From Vicinamibacterales bacterium (GTDB taxonomy: Bacteria > Acidobacteriota > Vicinamibacteria > Vicinamibacterales > UBA8438), in contig OZ242279.1 in the NCBI GenBank assembly GCA_965207265.1, forward strand, positions 1,797,093 through 1,861,092: a stretch of DNA of 64,000 nucleotides. The letters run 5' to 3'. The notes under the pieces were generated by a model that saw nothing but the letters and a program-made list of their open reading frames with translations, searched no databases and was not told where the DNA came from. A program made the translations under genes and the position numbers. Positions 55,337 through 64,000 of this stretch are shown here, piece after piece; position 1 is the first letter of the stretch, and the number at the start of each line of letters is the position of its first letter.

Positions 55337-56797
55337 GTGCAGTTGTTGAGACCAACCTCGATGATGCGTGGATTCCGGGCCGTGCCGCTCGCCGCCGTCG
55401 CGGCGCTGGGCGCCGGCTGCGTGACCGCTCTGCCGGTGGAGCGGCCCGAGATCCGGGTCCCGGTACCGGACGAATGGACGGCCGCCGAGGTACCGGCCGG
55501 CGAAGTGGGTCCGGACTGGTGGACGGACTTCGGCGACGACGAGCTGAACGCTGCGATCGAGACCGTGCTCGAGCGCAACCTCGATCTGCGGGCGGCCGCC
55601 GCCCGTCTCGAACAGGCCGCCGCCGACGCGCGGATCGCGTCCGGCGCGTTACAGCCCACGGTGCAGGGCTCGTACAGCGGCAGCCGCCGCAAGCAGAACT
55701 TCGTGGGCTTTCCGATTCCCGGCGCCGAGGACCGCGTCCTGAGCACGGTGTTCACCAACCAGGGCATCTCGCTGGACACGACGTGGGAAGTCGACCTCTG
55801 GGGCAGGCTGCGGACCACCGAGCAGGCGGCGCTGGCCGACCTGCAGCGTTCGGCGGCCGACCTGCGGGGCGCCCAACTGTCCATCGCCGGCCAGACCGCC
55901 AAGGCCTGGTTCGCCATTGCGGAGGCCCAGCAGCAGGTACTCCTGTCGGAGGCGACCGTCGAGAGCTTCGGCGAATCGATGGCGCGCGTGCGGGATCGCT
56001 TCGAGGCGGGGGTGCGCCCGGCGCTCGACCTCCGTCAGGCGATGCTGAACCTGTCCAACGCCCGCGCCGATCTCGCCCAGCGGCGGCAGCAGCTCGACGC
56101 GTCGACCCGCCAGCTCGAGGTGTTGCTGGCGCAGTACGCGGGCGCTGACATCGCCCCGCCGGCGGACCTGCCGGAAATGGCGCCCGCCGTGCCGGGCGGG
56201 ATCCCGGCCGACCTGGTGGCGCGCAGACCGGACCTCGTCGCGGCGGAGCGGCAGGTGGCGGCTTCCGAGGCGCGGCTGCGAGTGGCGCGGCGGGATCTGC
56301 TCCCGAGCTTCAACCTGACCGTGAACACCGGCACCTCCACGAATACCCTCCGCACGCTGCTCAACGGCGACTTCGCAGTGTGGGGCCTCGTCGGCAACGT
56401 CCTTGCCCCGCTCTGGCAGGGCGGACGGCTGCGCGCACAGGTCAGCCGCGCCGAGGCACTGGTCGCCGAGGTGCTGGCCAGCTACGTGAACACCGCCCTC
56501 GTGGCGTACTCCGAGGTCGAGACGGCGCTGGCCGCCGAGGAGTACCTGGCCGACCGGGTCGTCCACCTGATGACGTCGGTCGAGCAGGCGCGCGCTGCGG
56601 AACGCCTGGCCGACGAGCGCTACCGGACCGGGCTGGACACGTACATCACCGTGCTCGACTCGCAGCGGTCGGCGTTTCAGGCCGAATCCCAGTTGATTGC
56701 GGCGCGGCGCCTGCGTCTGGAGAACCGCGTGGACCTGTACCTGGCCCTCGGCGGCGGGTTCGAGCAGCTCGACTCGCCGATCACCATGACCAACTGA
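55337..56797 (+). CDS. RND efflux outer membrane factor lipoprotein (NodT family)
   Basis: 486 aa. Lipobox AALGAGC and the two-repeat OMF layout (..DLRAAAARLEQAAA.. / ..PDLVAAERQVAASEA..). Confidence 0.88.
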   Translation: MQLLRPTSMMRGFRAVPLAAVAALGAGCVTALPVERPEIRVPVPDEWTAAEVPAGEVGPDWWTDFGDDELNAAIETVLERNLDLRAAAARLEQAAADARIASGALQPTVQGSYSGSRRKQNFVGFPIPGAEDRVLSTVFTNQGISLDTTWEVDLWGRLRTTEQAALADLQRSAADLRGAQLSIAGQTAKAWFAIAEAQQQVLLSEATVESFGESMARVRDRFEAGVRPALDLRQAMLNLSNARADLAQRRQQLDASTRQLEVLLAQYAGADIAPPADLPEMAPAVPGGIPADLVARRPDLVAAERQVAASEARLRVARRDLLPSFNLTVNTGTSTNTLRTLLNGDFAVWGLVGNVLAPLWQGGRLRAQVSRAEALVAEVLASYVNTALVAYSEVETALAAEEYLADRVVHLMTSVEQARAAERLADERYRTGLDTYITVLDSQRSAFQAESQLIAARRLRLENRVDLYLALGGGFEQLDSPITMTN

Positions 56798-56847
56798 ACG
56801 TATCCGTCACCAATCGAACCACTTGCGGCATTGAACTGGAAACAGCC

Positions 56848-59310
56848 ATGAAACCCGTAGTCACCCGCATTCTCAGGGCGCTTCTGCCCCTGATCATCGT
56901 CGCTGCGGCCGCCTTCGCCGCGGTCACGATGATCATGAACCGTCCTCCGGTGGAGACCCTGACGCCGGTGATCGAGCCGCCGGGCGTCCGCGTGCACGAG
57001 GTCACGCTCCAGGATGCGCGCCTGTCCGTCACCAGCCAGGGCACCGTCCAGCCCCGCACGGAGAGCCAGCTCGTGCCCGAGATCGCGGGCCGCGTCACCT
57101 GGGTCGCTCGCTCTTTCGCGGAGGGCGGGTTCTTCGAGGCGGGCGACGTGCTCGTCGAGATCGACCCGTTCGACTACGAGCAGGCGCTCGTCAGCGCGCG
57201 GTCGCAACTGGCCCAGGCCCGCCTGCGGCTCGCGGAGGAGGAAGCCGAGGCGGAGGTGGCGCAGCGGGAATGGGACACGCTGGGCCGCGGCGACCCGCGC
57301 GAGCTGGCGCTGCGCAAGCCGCAGCTCGAGGATGCGCGCGCCTCGGTGGCCGCCGCCGAAGCCGCTGTCGAGCGGGCTACCCGCGACCTGCAGCGGGCGG
57401 AGATCGTGGCGCCGTACGCCGGCCGGGTCCGCACCAAGAACGTCGACATCGGCCAGTATGTCCGGGTCGGCGACGCACTGGCCACCGTATACGCGGTCGA
57501 CGTGGCCGAGATTCGCCTGCCGCTGCCGGACGACGAGCTGGCCTACCTGGACCTCCCGCTGTCGTATCGCGGCGTCGAGCAGCAGGTTCAGCCGCTCGTG
57601 ACGGTGCAAGCGACGTTCGCCGGCGAGACCCACGCATGGGACGGACTCATCGTCCGCACCGAGAGCGAGATCGACTCGGTGAGCCGCATGGTGCACGCGA
57701 TTGCGGCGGTCCCGGACCCCTACGCGCCGGGCCCCAATCCCAACCGGCCCCCGCTCGCCGTCGGGATGTACGTGGAGGCCGAGATCGGCGGCCGTACCGC
57801 GCGCGACGTCGCGGTGTTGCCGCGGCAGGCGCTGCGCGGCCGGGATCAGGTGCTCGTGGTCACGCCCGACGACCGTCTCTCGTTCCGCACGATCGACGTA
57901 TTCCGGACCTCGACCGAATCCGTCATCGTGCGTTCCGGCCTGCAGGCGGGCGAGCTCGTGGTCATCTCGCCGCTCGACACGCCGACCGACGGCATGCGGG
58001 TGCAGTTGGCCGATGCGGACCCGGGCCTGCTCGAGCGCCGGGCGGCCGCCGCTGCGGCCCGGCCGTCCCAGGCCGCGGCTTCGGCCGTGCAACGGGAAGA
58101 TGCGCCGGCCGCCCAGGTCGGTGTGCCGGCTGCAGCGGCTGCCTCGGACGTACTGATCGAGCCCGCCGCCGACCGCCGGGCGGAAGCCGCACCAAGCGCG
58201 CCGCCCGTAGTGGCTGAACCCGTCTCGGCAGCGCGGCCCGGGGCGGCCCGGACGGCAGCGGCCGCGGAGCAGGCGCCCCCGGGCGCGCCTGCCGGCGACG
58301 CGACCACGGCCGGACGCCCGGAGCGCCCGCAGTGGCTGGCGTCGCTGCTGGAAGAACGCCGGCCGGCGATGGAGAACCTGCGCTCTCGTCCCGCGCGCAC
58401 GAGACCGGCGGCGGCGCGTCCGGCGCGCCGCGAGCCGGACGTCGCGCCCGTTCCGCGACCTGCGGCGACGGTTGCCGCCGCCCCCCGGCGCCCTGCTCCC
58501 CGCACGCCGGACGCGGCGCCCGGCAGCGTCGTTGCGGTCGCCTCGTTCGCGAGTCTCAACCGCGCGACCGGCGATTCCGAGCTCGGTCCGGCGTTGAGCC
58601 GGGCCGTCGCCGCGCGCCTGGCGTCGTCCGAAGGCATCGCGGTGTCCGAGAGCGAGTCCGATGCGCGGTACGTCGTCCGCGGCGGGCTCCAGCAGGTCGG
58701 CCCGCTGGTGCGGGTCACCGCACGCATCGTCGACACCGCGAACGGCGCGGTGCTGCACGCGGCGAAGATCGACGGCTCCACGGCCGATCGCCCGGCCCTC
58801 GAAGCGGACGTCGCAGCGGCCGTCATCGAGCACCTCACCGCCATACCCGGATCGACAGCGCCGTCCGCATCCGGCGGCATGGCGGCCGGCGCGACGGCGC
58901 CCAGCGCCCTGGCCGTGCTGCCGTTCGACGATCTCAGCGCGGGCAGTGCGTCGGCCCTCGACGTCGACCTCGGGAGCGTCCTCGCGGAGGCGATCGCCGA
59001 GCGGCTGTCCACGCTGCCCGCGGTGGCCGTCGTGACGCCCGGCGACGAAGCCGCCTGGGCCGTCGGCGGCGGCATCCAGCGCATCGGAACGATGGTCCGC
59101 GTGACCGCCCGGCTCACCGACGTCCGCAGCGGATCCGTCGTGACGGCGGTGAAAGTGGACGGCACCGTCGAGGCGCTCGCCGACCTGCAGTCGCGCGTGG
59201 CGGCCGCGATGATCGAGAGCGTGCGCGAAGCACTCGCCGGCGAGTCGGTCGCAAGGTCGGTTCCCGCGACGGATCCCGCGACGCCCCGGCACGAAGGGAG
59301 ACGGTCATGA
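56848..59310 (+). CDS. RND efflux periplasmic adaptor (HlyD/MFP) with a long C-terminal extension carrying two tandem TolB-N-terminal-like modules
   Basis: 820 aa from ATG 56848 (MKPVVTRILRALLPLIIVAAAAF). MFP core to about 58030 (..APYAGRVRTKNVDIGQYV..). An Ala/Pro/Arg-rich linker follows, then two homologous modules at about 58522-58838 and 58901-59225. Confidence 0.8.
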   Translation: MKPVVTRILRALLPLIIVAAAAFAAVTMIMNRPPVETLTPVIEPPGVRVHEVTLQDARLSVTSQGTVQPRTESQLVPEIAGRVTWVARSFAEGGFFEAGDVLVEIDPFDYEQALVSARSQLAQARLRLAEEEAEAEVAQREWDTLGRGDPRELALRKPQLEDARASVAAAEAAVERATRDLQRAEIVAPYAGRVRTKNVDIGQYVRVGDALATVYAVDVAEIRLPLPDDELAYLDLPLSYRGVEQQVQPLVTVQATFAGETHAWDGLIVRTESEIDSVSRMVHAIAAVPDPYAPGPNPNRPPLAVGMYVEAEIGGRTARDVAVLPRQALRGRDQVLVVTPDDRLSFRTIDVFRTSTESVIVRSGLQAGELVVISPLDTPTDGMRVQLADADPGLLERRAAAAAARPSQAAASAVQREDAPAAQVGVPAAAAASDVLIEPAADRRAEAAPSAPPVVAEPVSAARPGAARTAAAAEQAPPGAPAGDATTAGRPERPQWLASLLEERRPAMENLRSRPARTRPAAARPARREPDVAPVPRPAATVAAAPRRPAPRTPDAAPGSVVAVASFASLNRATGDSELGPALSRAVAARLASSEGIAVSESESDARYVVRGGLQQVGPLVRVTARIVDTANGAVLHAAKIDGSTADRPALEADVAAAVIEHLTAIPGSTAPSASGGMAAGATAPSALAVLPFDDLSAGSASALDVDLGSVLAEAIAERLSTLPAVAVVTPGDEAAWAVGGGIQRIGTMVRVTARLTDVRSGSVVTAVKVDGTVEALADLQSRVAAAMIESVREALAGESVARSVPATDPATPRHEGRRS

Positions 59311-62300
59311 ACAACGGTGGAATCGCCTGGTTCGCGCGGAATCCCGTGGCCGCGAACCTCATGATGGTCTTCATCATGGTGAGCGGCCTGATCGCTACCG
59401 GTACGGTCAAGGAAGAGGTCTTTCCGGAGGTCGAGCTCGACCGCATCAGCATTCAGGTGTCGTATCTGGGAGCAGCGCCCGAAGAGGTGGAGGCAGGAGT
59501 CGTCATCCGCATCGAGGAGGCGATTCAGGGCGTCGACGGCATCAAGGAGATCCAGTCGACCGCATCGGAGGGCAACGCGTCGGTGATGGTCGAGCTCGAG
59601 CTCGGCGCCGATGCCCGCCGGGTGGTCGACGAGGTCAAGAACCAGGTCGACGCGATCACGACGTTCCCCATCGAGACGGAGAAACCGATCATCCGGGAGA
59701 TGACCGCCCGCAACCAGGTCACCGACATCTCCATCTCCGGGGACACCGACATCTTCGCCCTCAAGGCGCTCGCGGAGCGCGTGCGCGACGAGCTGACCGC
59801 GATGCCGGAGATCACGCAGGTGGACATCGTCAGCGCGCCGCCCTACGAGATCTCGATCGAGGTTTCCGAAGTGGCGCTGCGTCGTCACGGGATGACCTTC
59901 GATCAGGTCGCAGACGCCGTGCGCCGTTCGTCCCTGGATCTGCCCGGCGGCTCCGTCCGCACGGACGGCGGCGAGATCCTGCTCCGTACGATCGGACAGG
60001 CCTACCGAGGCGCCGAGTACGAGGACCTCGTGCTGTGGACGCGGGCCGACGGCAGCCGGCTGCGCCTGGGCGACGTGGCGACGGTCGTCGACGGCTTCGC
60101 CGAGACCGATCAACAGGCCCGTTTCGATCACCAGCCCACGGTGCTCGTATCGGTGTTCCGCACCGGCGATCAGAGCGCCCTCGACATCGCCGCCGCGGTC
60201 GACGGCTACGTCGAACGCGCCAGGGCGCGGCTGCCCGAGGGCGTCTCGATGACGCTCTGGCAGGACCAGGCGGAGGTGCTGAACGACCGCCTGACGCTCA
60301 TGCTGCGCAACGGCGCCACCGGGTTCATCCTGGTCTTCGTCGTGCTGACGCTGTTCCTGGAGCTGCGCCTGGCCTTCTGGGTCAGCCTCGGGATCCCGAT
60401 CTCGTTCCTCGGCGCGATCGCCCTGATGCCGGGGCTGGACGTCTCGGTGAACGTCATCTCGCTGTTCGCTTTCATCCTGGTGCTCGGGATAGTGGTGGAC
60501 GACGCCATCATCGTCGGCGAGAACATCTACCGGCACCAGGAGGGGCACGGCGAGGGCTTGCGCGGCGCCATAGAGGGCGCGAGAGAGATCGGCAAGCCGG
60601 TCACTTTCGCCGTCCTGACCACGGTGGCGGCGTTCATGCCGCTGATGTTCGTGCCCGGGATGATGGGCAAGATCTTCCGGGTCATTCCGCTCGTGGTCAT
60701 CCCGTGCCTCCTCTTCTCGCTGGTCGAGTCGCTCGGGATCCTGCCCGCCCACCTGTCGCACATCCCCCGGCGCGGCAAACCCGGCCCGTGGCGCCGCTTC
60801 CAGAGCCTCTTCTCCAACGGCCTGAAGCTGTTCATCCGGCGCGTGTACACGCCGATCCTCGAAACCGCGCTGCAGTGGCGGTACGTGACGGCGGCGATCG
60901 GTCTGTCCACCCTGATCCTTACCGGCGGCATGGTGCTGGGCGGCTGGGCCAACTTCCACTTCTTCCCGTCCATCGAGGCCGACTTCATGTCGGCGTCGGT
61001 CACCATGCCCCAGGGCACGCCGGTCGACGTCACGTCGCGGGCGATCGACAAGCTCGAGGAGGGCGCCACGCGCCTCCGCACCCGGCTGCAGGAGGAGACC
61101 GGGATGGACTACTTCCGGCACGTGTCGACGGCGGTCGGCGACCAGCCGATGCTGTCGCGCGGCGGCGGGCCCATGGGTCCGGTCGATACCGTGGCAGCCG
61201 CCAACGTGGGCGAGGTGACCATCGAGCTCGCGCCGGCCGAGACGCGGGCCTTCACCAGCGAGCAGCTCGGCAACCTGTGGCGGGAGAGCACGGAGGCGAT
61301 TCCGGAGGCCGTCGAGGTCAACTTCTCGATGTCGATGATGAACCCCGGCGACGACGTCGACGTGCAGCTCGCCGGGCCGGACATCGAGCGGCTGCGGGAC
61401 GCGGCCAACGCGGTCAAGGCGCGCCTGGCCGAATACGCCGGCGTCTACGAGATCTCCGATTCGTTCCGGGCCGGCAAGGAGGAGATGCAGCTCGGCATCA
61501 AGCCTGCCGCCGAGACGCTCGGGCTCACGCTGCAGGACCTCGGCCGCCAGGTCCGGCAGGCCTTCTACGGCGAGGAGGCCCAGCGCATCCAGCGCGGTCG
61601 TGACGACATCCGCGTGATGGTGCGCTATCCCGAGGCGGATCGCCGGTCGCTCGGCGATCTGGAGAACATGCGCATCCGCACGCCGAACGGCGGAGAGGTG
61701 CCGTTCAGCCAGGTGGCGGAGGTGCAGCCGGGGCGCGGCTTCGCTTCGATCAAGCGCGTCAACCGCAACCGGGCCGTCAACGTGACCGCCTCGGTCGATG
61801 CCGCGGTCACGTCGGCCGGCGCGGTCATCTCCGACCTGCAGACCCGGATCCTGCCGGAAGTGCTCGCCGGCTATCCGGGCGTGTTCTACACGTTCGAGGG
61901 CGCGCAGGCGGAACAGGTGGACGCCGTCGGCGGCCTGCAGCGCGGGTTCATCCTCGCCCTGCTGATGATCTTCGCCCTGCTCGCGGTCCCGCTGCGCTCC
62001 TACGTGCAGCCGATCATCATCATGGCGGCCATCCCGTTCGGCCTCGTCGGCGCCATCTGGGGCCATATCGTGATGGGCCTCGACGTGACGATGATGTCCA
62101 TGTTCGGCCTGGTCGCGCTGACCGGCGTCGTCGTCAACGACAGCCTCGTCATGGTCGACTTCATCAATCGCGCGCGCCGCGTCCACGCCGATCTGGGCCG
62201 CAGGATCCGCGAGGCGGGCGGCAGGCACACGAGCAGCCTCGAGTTCGACTCCAGCGGACTGCAGCTCGCGATCCGCGAAGCGGGCAGCAACCGCTTCCGG

Positions 62301-62606
62301 CCGATCCTGCTCACGTCGCTGACGACGTTCTTCGGGTTGGCGCCGCTCATGCTGGAGCGCAGCATGCAGGCGGCGTTTCTCGTGCCCATGGCAGTGTCGC
62401 TGGCCTTCGGCGTGCTGTTCGCCACTTTCATCACGCTGATCCTGGTGCCGGTCTCGTACCTGATCCTCGACGACGTGCAGCGCGCCGTGCGGCGGATCTT
62501 CGGTTCGGGAGAGCCCGCCGAGGCGCAGGCGGGGCCGGAGGATGAACCGGTGGCCGTGGGCGGCGCGGCGGCAACCGCACGAGTCGCCGAAGCGGCGTCA
62601 TCCTGA
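59307..62606 (+). CDS. RND family efflux transporter permease (AcrB/HAE-type)
   Basis: 1099 aa. MNNGGIAWFARNPVAANLMMVFIMVSG.. with the 12-TM, two-large-loop architecture. ATGA overlap with the adaptor gene (coordinates follow the ORF-track phase). Confidence 0.9.
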   Translation: MNNGGIAWFARNPVAANLMMVFIMVSGLIATGTVKEEVFPEVELDRISIQVSYLGAAPEEVEAGVVIRIEEAIQGVDGIKEIQSTASEGNASVMVELELGADARRVVDEVKNQVDAITTFPIETEKPIIREMTARNQVTDISISGDTDIFALKALAERVRDELTAMPEITQVDIVSAPPYEISIEVSEVALRRHGMTFDQVADAVRRSSLDLPGGSVRTDGGEILLRTIGQAYRGAEYEDLVLWTRADGSRLRLGDVATVVDGFAETDQQARFDHQPTVLVSVFRTGDQSALDIAAAVDGYVERARARLPEGVSMTLWQDQAEVLNDRLTLMLRNGATGFILVFVVLTLFLELRLAFWVSLGIPISFLGAIALMPGLDVSVNVISLFAFILVLGIVVDDAIIVGENIYRHQEGHGEGLRGAIEGAREIGKPVTFAVLTTVAAFMPLMFVPGMMGKIFRVIPLVVIPCLLFSLVESLGILPAHLSHIPRRGKPGPWRRFQSLFSNGLKLFIRRVYTPILETALQWRYVTAAIGLSTLILTGGMVLGGWANFHFFPSIEADFMSASVTMPQGTPVDVTSRAIDKLEEGATRLRTRLQEETGMDYFRHVSTAVGDQPMLSRGGGPMGPVDTVAAANVGEVTIELAPAETRAFTSEQLGNLWRESTEAIPEAVEVNFSMSMMNPGDDVDVQLAGPDIERLRDAANAVKARLAEYAGVYEISDSFRAGKEEMQLGIKPAAETLGLTLQDLGRQVRQAFYGEEAQRIQRGRDDIRVMVRYPEADRRSLGDLENMRIRTPNGGEVPFSQVAEVQPGRGFASIKRVNRNRAVNVTASVDAAVTSAGAVISDLQTRILPEVLAGYPGVFYTFEGAQAEQVDAVGGLQRGFILALLMIFALLAVPLRSYVQPIIIMAAIPFGLVGAIWGHIVMGLDVTMMSMFGLVALTGVVVNDSLVMVDFINRARRVHADLGRRIREAGGRHTSSLEFDSSGLQLAIREAGSNRFRPILLTSLTTFFGLAPLMLERSMQAAFLVPMAVSLAFGVLFATFITLILVPVSYLILDDVQRAVRRIFGSGEPAEAQAGPEDEPVAVGGAAATARVAEAASS

Positions 62607-62697
62607 GCCCGCCCGGGCGAGCGCAACGCACCGGTGGGAATGCCCGGCGCCGGCGCACTCGATGCGTCGGCGCCACTCCGCCGGCCTGTTCCGCCGA

Positions 62698-63543
62698 CTA
62701 TTCCGCGCCGGCTACCTCGGCGACGAGCTGGTCGACCAGCGGGGGGCTGACCCCACAGGCCGAGTCGTTGATCCGGCACTGCGCCAGCGTCAGCGAGCAG
62801 CCGCAGGGACAACCCTCGTCGTTCACCCGGCGCAACACCTCCTCGCGCTGCTCCGGCGTCAGCACCGACAGGTCCACGCCGGGAATCTCGGTCGCCTGCG
62901 CGGCGTTGGCGAGGCGGATCTGGTCGTTGGACGGGGCCGTCTCGACCGTGGCGTCGTGGGTCAGCGATGCCAGGTAACGGGTCTCCTGCTCCAGGATCAC
63001 CGGGCTGATCAGCCCGACGTGGCTCTCGACCATGCGGCCCTCGGGATCGACGACGAACGAGGTGGGCAGGGCGAACACCCCGGGGAACGCCCGCTTGATC
63101 TCGGGCGTCGACATCACGATCGGGTAGTTGACGCCGTACTGTCCCGCGAACGCGGCCACGGTGTCGGGCGATCCGTGGTCCTCGGAGACCCCGATCACGG
63201 TCAGGTGGTCCGGGTATCGCTCGGCGAGGCGCACCAGGAACGGGATCTCCTCGCGGCACGGACCGCACCAGGTCGCCCAGAAGTTGACCAGCACCACCTT
63301 GCCGCGCTGGTCGGCCATCGAGATCGTCTCGCCGTCGAGCGTCTCCATCGTCAGGTCCGGCACCTCGGCCGGCGTGTCGACGAAGCGGAGCGTCACGCCG
63401 CCGTCGGGCGTAGCAAACAGCGGCGGAGGTCCGGGAGCGCCGCCGGTCCAGTCGCTTCCGGGCGCGTCGACCGGCGACGGACCGCAGCCGGCCGCCCAGA
63501 GAATCGGAACTACCAGCAACGCGGCGAAATGGCGTGTGGACAC
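62698..63543 (-). CDS. TlpA/ResA-like thiol:disulfide oxidoreductase lipoprotein with a Cys-rich C-terminal domain
   Basis: Lipobox ILWAAGC. Thioredoxin motif NFWATWCGPCREE. C-terminal CPCGCSLTLAQCRINDSACGVS. Confidence 0.85.
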   Translation of the reverse strand: MSTRHFAALLVVPILWAAGCGPSPVDAPGSDWTGGAPGPPPLFATPDGGVTLRFVDTPAEVPDLTMETLDGETISMADQRGKVVLVNFWATWCGPCREEIPFLVRLAERYPDHLTVIGVSEDHGSPDTVAAFAGQYGVNYPIVMSTPEIKRAFPGVFALPTSFVVDPEGRMVESHVGLISPVILEQETRYLASLTHDATVETAPSNDQIRLANAAQATEIPGVDLSVLTPEQREEVLRRVNDEGCPCGCSLTLAQCRINDSACGVSPPLVDQLVAEVAGAE

Positions 63544-63686
63544 GGGAACTCCTTTGCTGACCGGAACGGTTCATTGTATAGCCCGAACGCACCCGGTTGC
63601 GGCGAGACAGACAATCGCGCCTCCGCGTGCTGCGGGCCCGGTCGCGCGAACCGGACGCGCAGCCGGCGCGGCGGAGCGCCCCCCGG

Positions 63687-64000
63687 TCAGCGGTAGCCGA
63701 GCGCGACCGCGGCGACGAGCGCGACCGCGGCGACGACGTACAGCTTGACGAGCAGCGGGACGACGAAGGCCGCCCAGCGCTGGTACGGGATCCGGCCCAG
63801 ACCGAGCATCCCCATCAGCAGGGCGTTGGTGGGCACGAGCATGTTCGTGAAGCCGTCGCCGAACTGATAGGCGAGCACCGCGGTCTGCCGCGTCACCCCG
63901 GTCAGGTCCGCGAGGGGGGCCATGATCGGCATCGTCACGTACGCCTGCCCCGATCCGGAGGGAATGAACAGGTTGCAGACCGACTGCACGACCAGCATGC
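63687..64000 (-). CDS. YfcC / C4-dicarboxylate anaerobic carrier family transporter (3' part only; gene continues beyond the window)
   Basis: ..[52 protein letters not shown].. is typical of the YfcC/DcuC-like family. Confidence 0.75.
   Translation of the reverse strand, partial: MLVVQSVCNLFIPSGSGQAYVTMPIMAPLADLTGVTRQTAVLAYQFGDGFTNMLVPTNALLMGMLGLGRIPYQRWAAFVVPLLVKLYVVAAVALVAAVALGYR

Noticed and set aside
59281-59311. Apparent 1-nt phase discrepancy at the MFP/RND junction between my hand count of the printed sequence and the ORF track
   Set aside because: This is most likely my own counting or reading error. The ORF-track phases are internally consistent (MFP stop at 59308-59310, RND ATG at 59307), so I used them and do not claim a frameshift.
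57846-62228. 1460-aa minus-strand ORF, plus other long antisense ORFs such as 56677-59292, 58332 onward and 60035-61603
   Set aside because: These are antisense or out of frame relative to the clearly recognisable MFP and RND genes. They are high-GC artefacts.
1-64000. tRNA, rRNA, tmRNA or integrase genes marking island borders
   Set aside because: I found no tRNA-like T-arm/acceptor patterns, no rRNA-like segments and no integrase-like ORF. The island borders therefore remain undefined within this window.

Overview
High-GC, densely coding bacterial chromosomal window; lineage not determinable from sequence alone. I saw no rRNA, tRNA or CRISPR array. Start codons were refined by hand from the supplied ORF track. 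Many long ORFs in the track are antisense artefacts of the high GC content and were discarded.

Layout:
- 0-10.5 kb: a partly decayed defence/mobile island. It holds an Ssp-type DNA phosphorothioation-like module (excisionase-type HTH, DUF4007/SspB-like, large P-loop ATPase/SspC-like, PAPS-reductase/SspD-like). An IS630 element has split this module exactly at the stop/start overlap of the last two genes.
- Next to it is a divergent cluster: an HNH nuclease flanked by two paralogous membrane-anchored coiled-coil repeat proteins. The cluster also holds a 60-codon relic of a second sspD-like gene, a frameshifted DUF234-ATPase remnant and mazEF.
- 10.6-13.6 kb: modABC plus a divergent HTH-TOBE regulator.
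- 13.7-14.6 kb: an AbrB-like gene followed by a Phd/PIN pair.
- 14.6-15.9 kb: PQQ-dependent sugar dehydrogenase.
- 16.0-17.5 kb: a visibly more AT-rich islet with three orphan genes.
- 17.5-20.1 kb: a secreted hypothetical protein and PhoD.
- 20.4-25.9 kb: hisI-G-D-B-H-F-A, preceded by a candidate His-rich leader peptide and an intrinsic terminator.
- 25.9-26.5 kb: a second VapBC pair.
- 26.7-44.6 kb: housekeeping and envelope genes. These include an ECF sigma factor fused in frame to an RskA-type anti-sigma domain, and bshA next to a giant exported PIG-L protein. They also include DPP3, DPP4 and a frameshifted acyltransferase/alpha-beta-hydrolase gene.
- 44.7-51.2 kb: an SDR gene and a Tat-exported molybdo-hydroxylase operon with a b-type cytochrome.
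- 51.5-54.4 kb: a hypothetical protein and a sulfatase.
- 54.7-62.6 kb: TetR, outer membrane factor, adaptor and RND pump. The adaptor carries an unusual C-terminal tandem-domain extension.
- 62.7-64.0 kb: a TlpA-like thioredoxin and a partial YfcC-type transporter.

A roughly 65-90 bp hairpin-containing REP-like element occurs at least four times.

The best candidate for something undescribed is the HNH plus paralogous TM coiled-coil cluster beside the Ssp-like module. That link rests on inference only.
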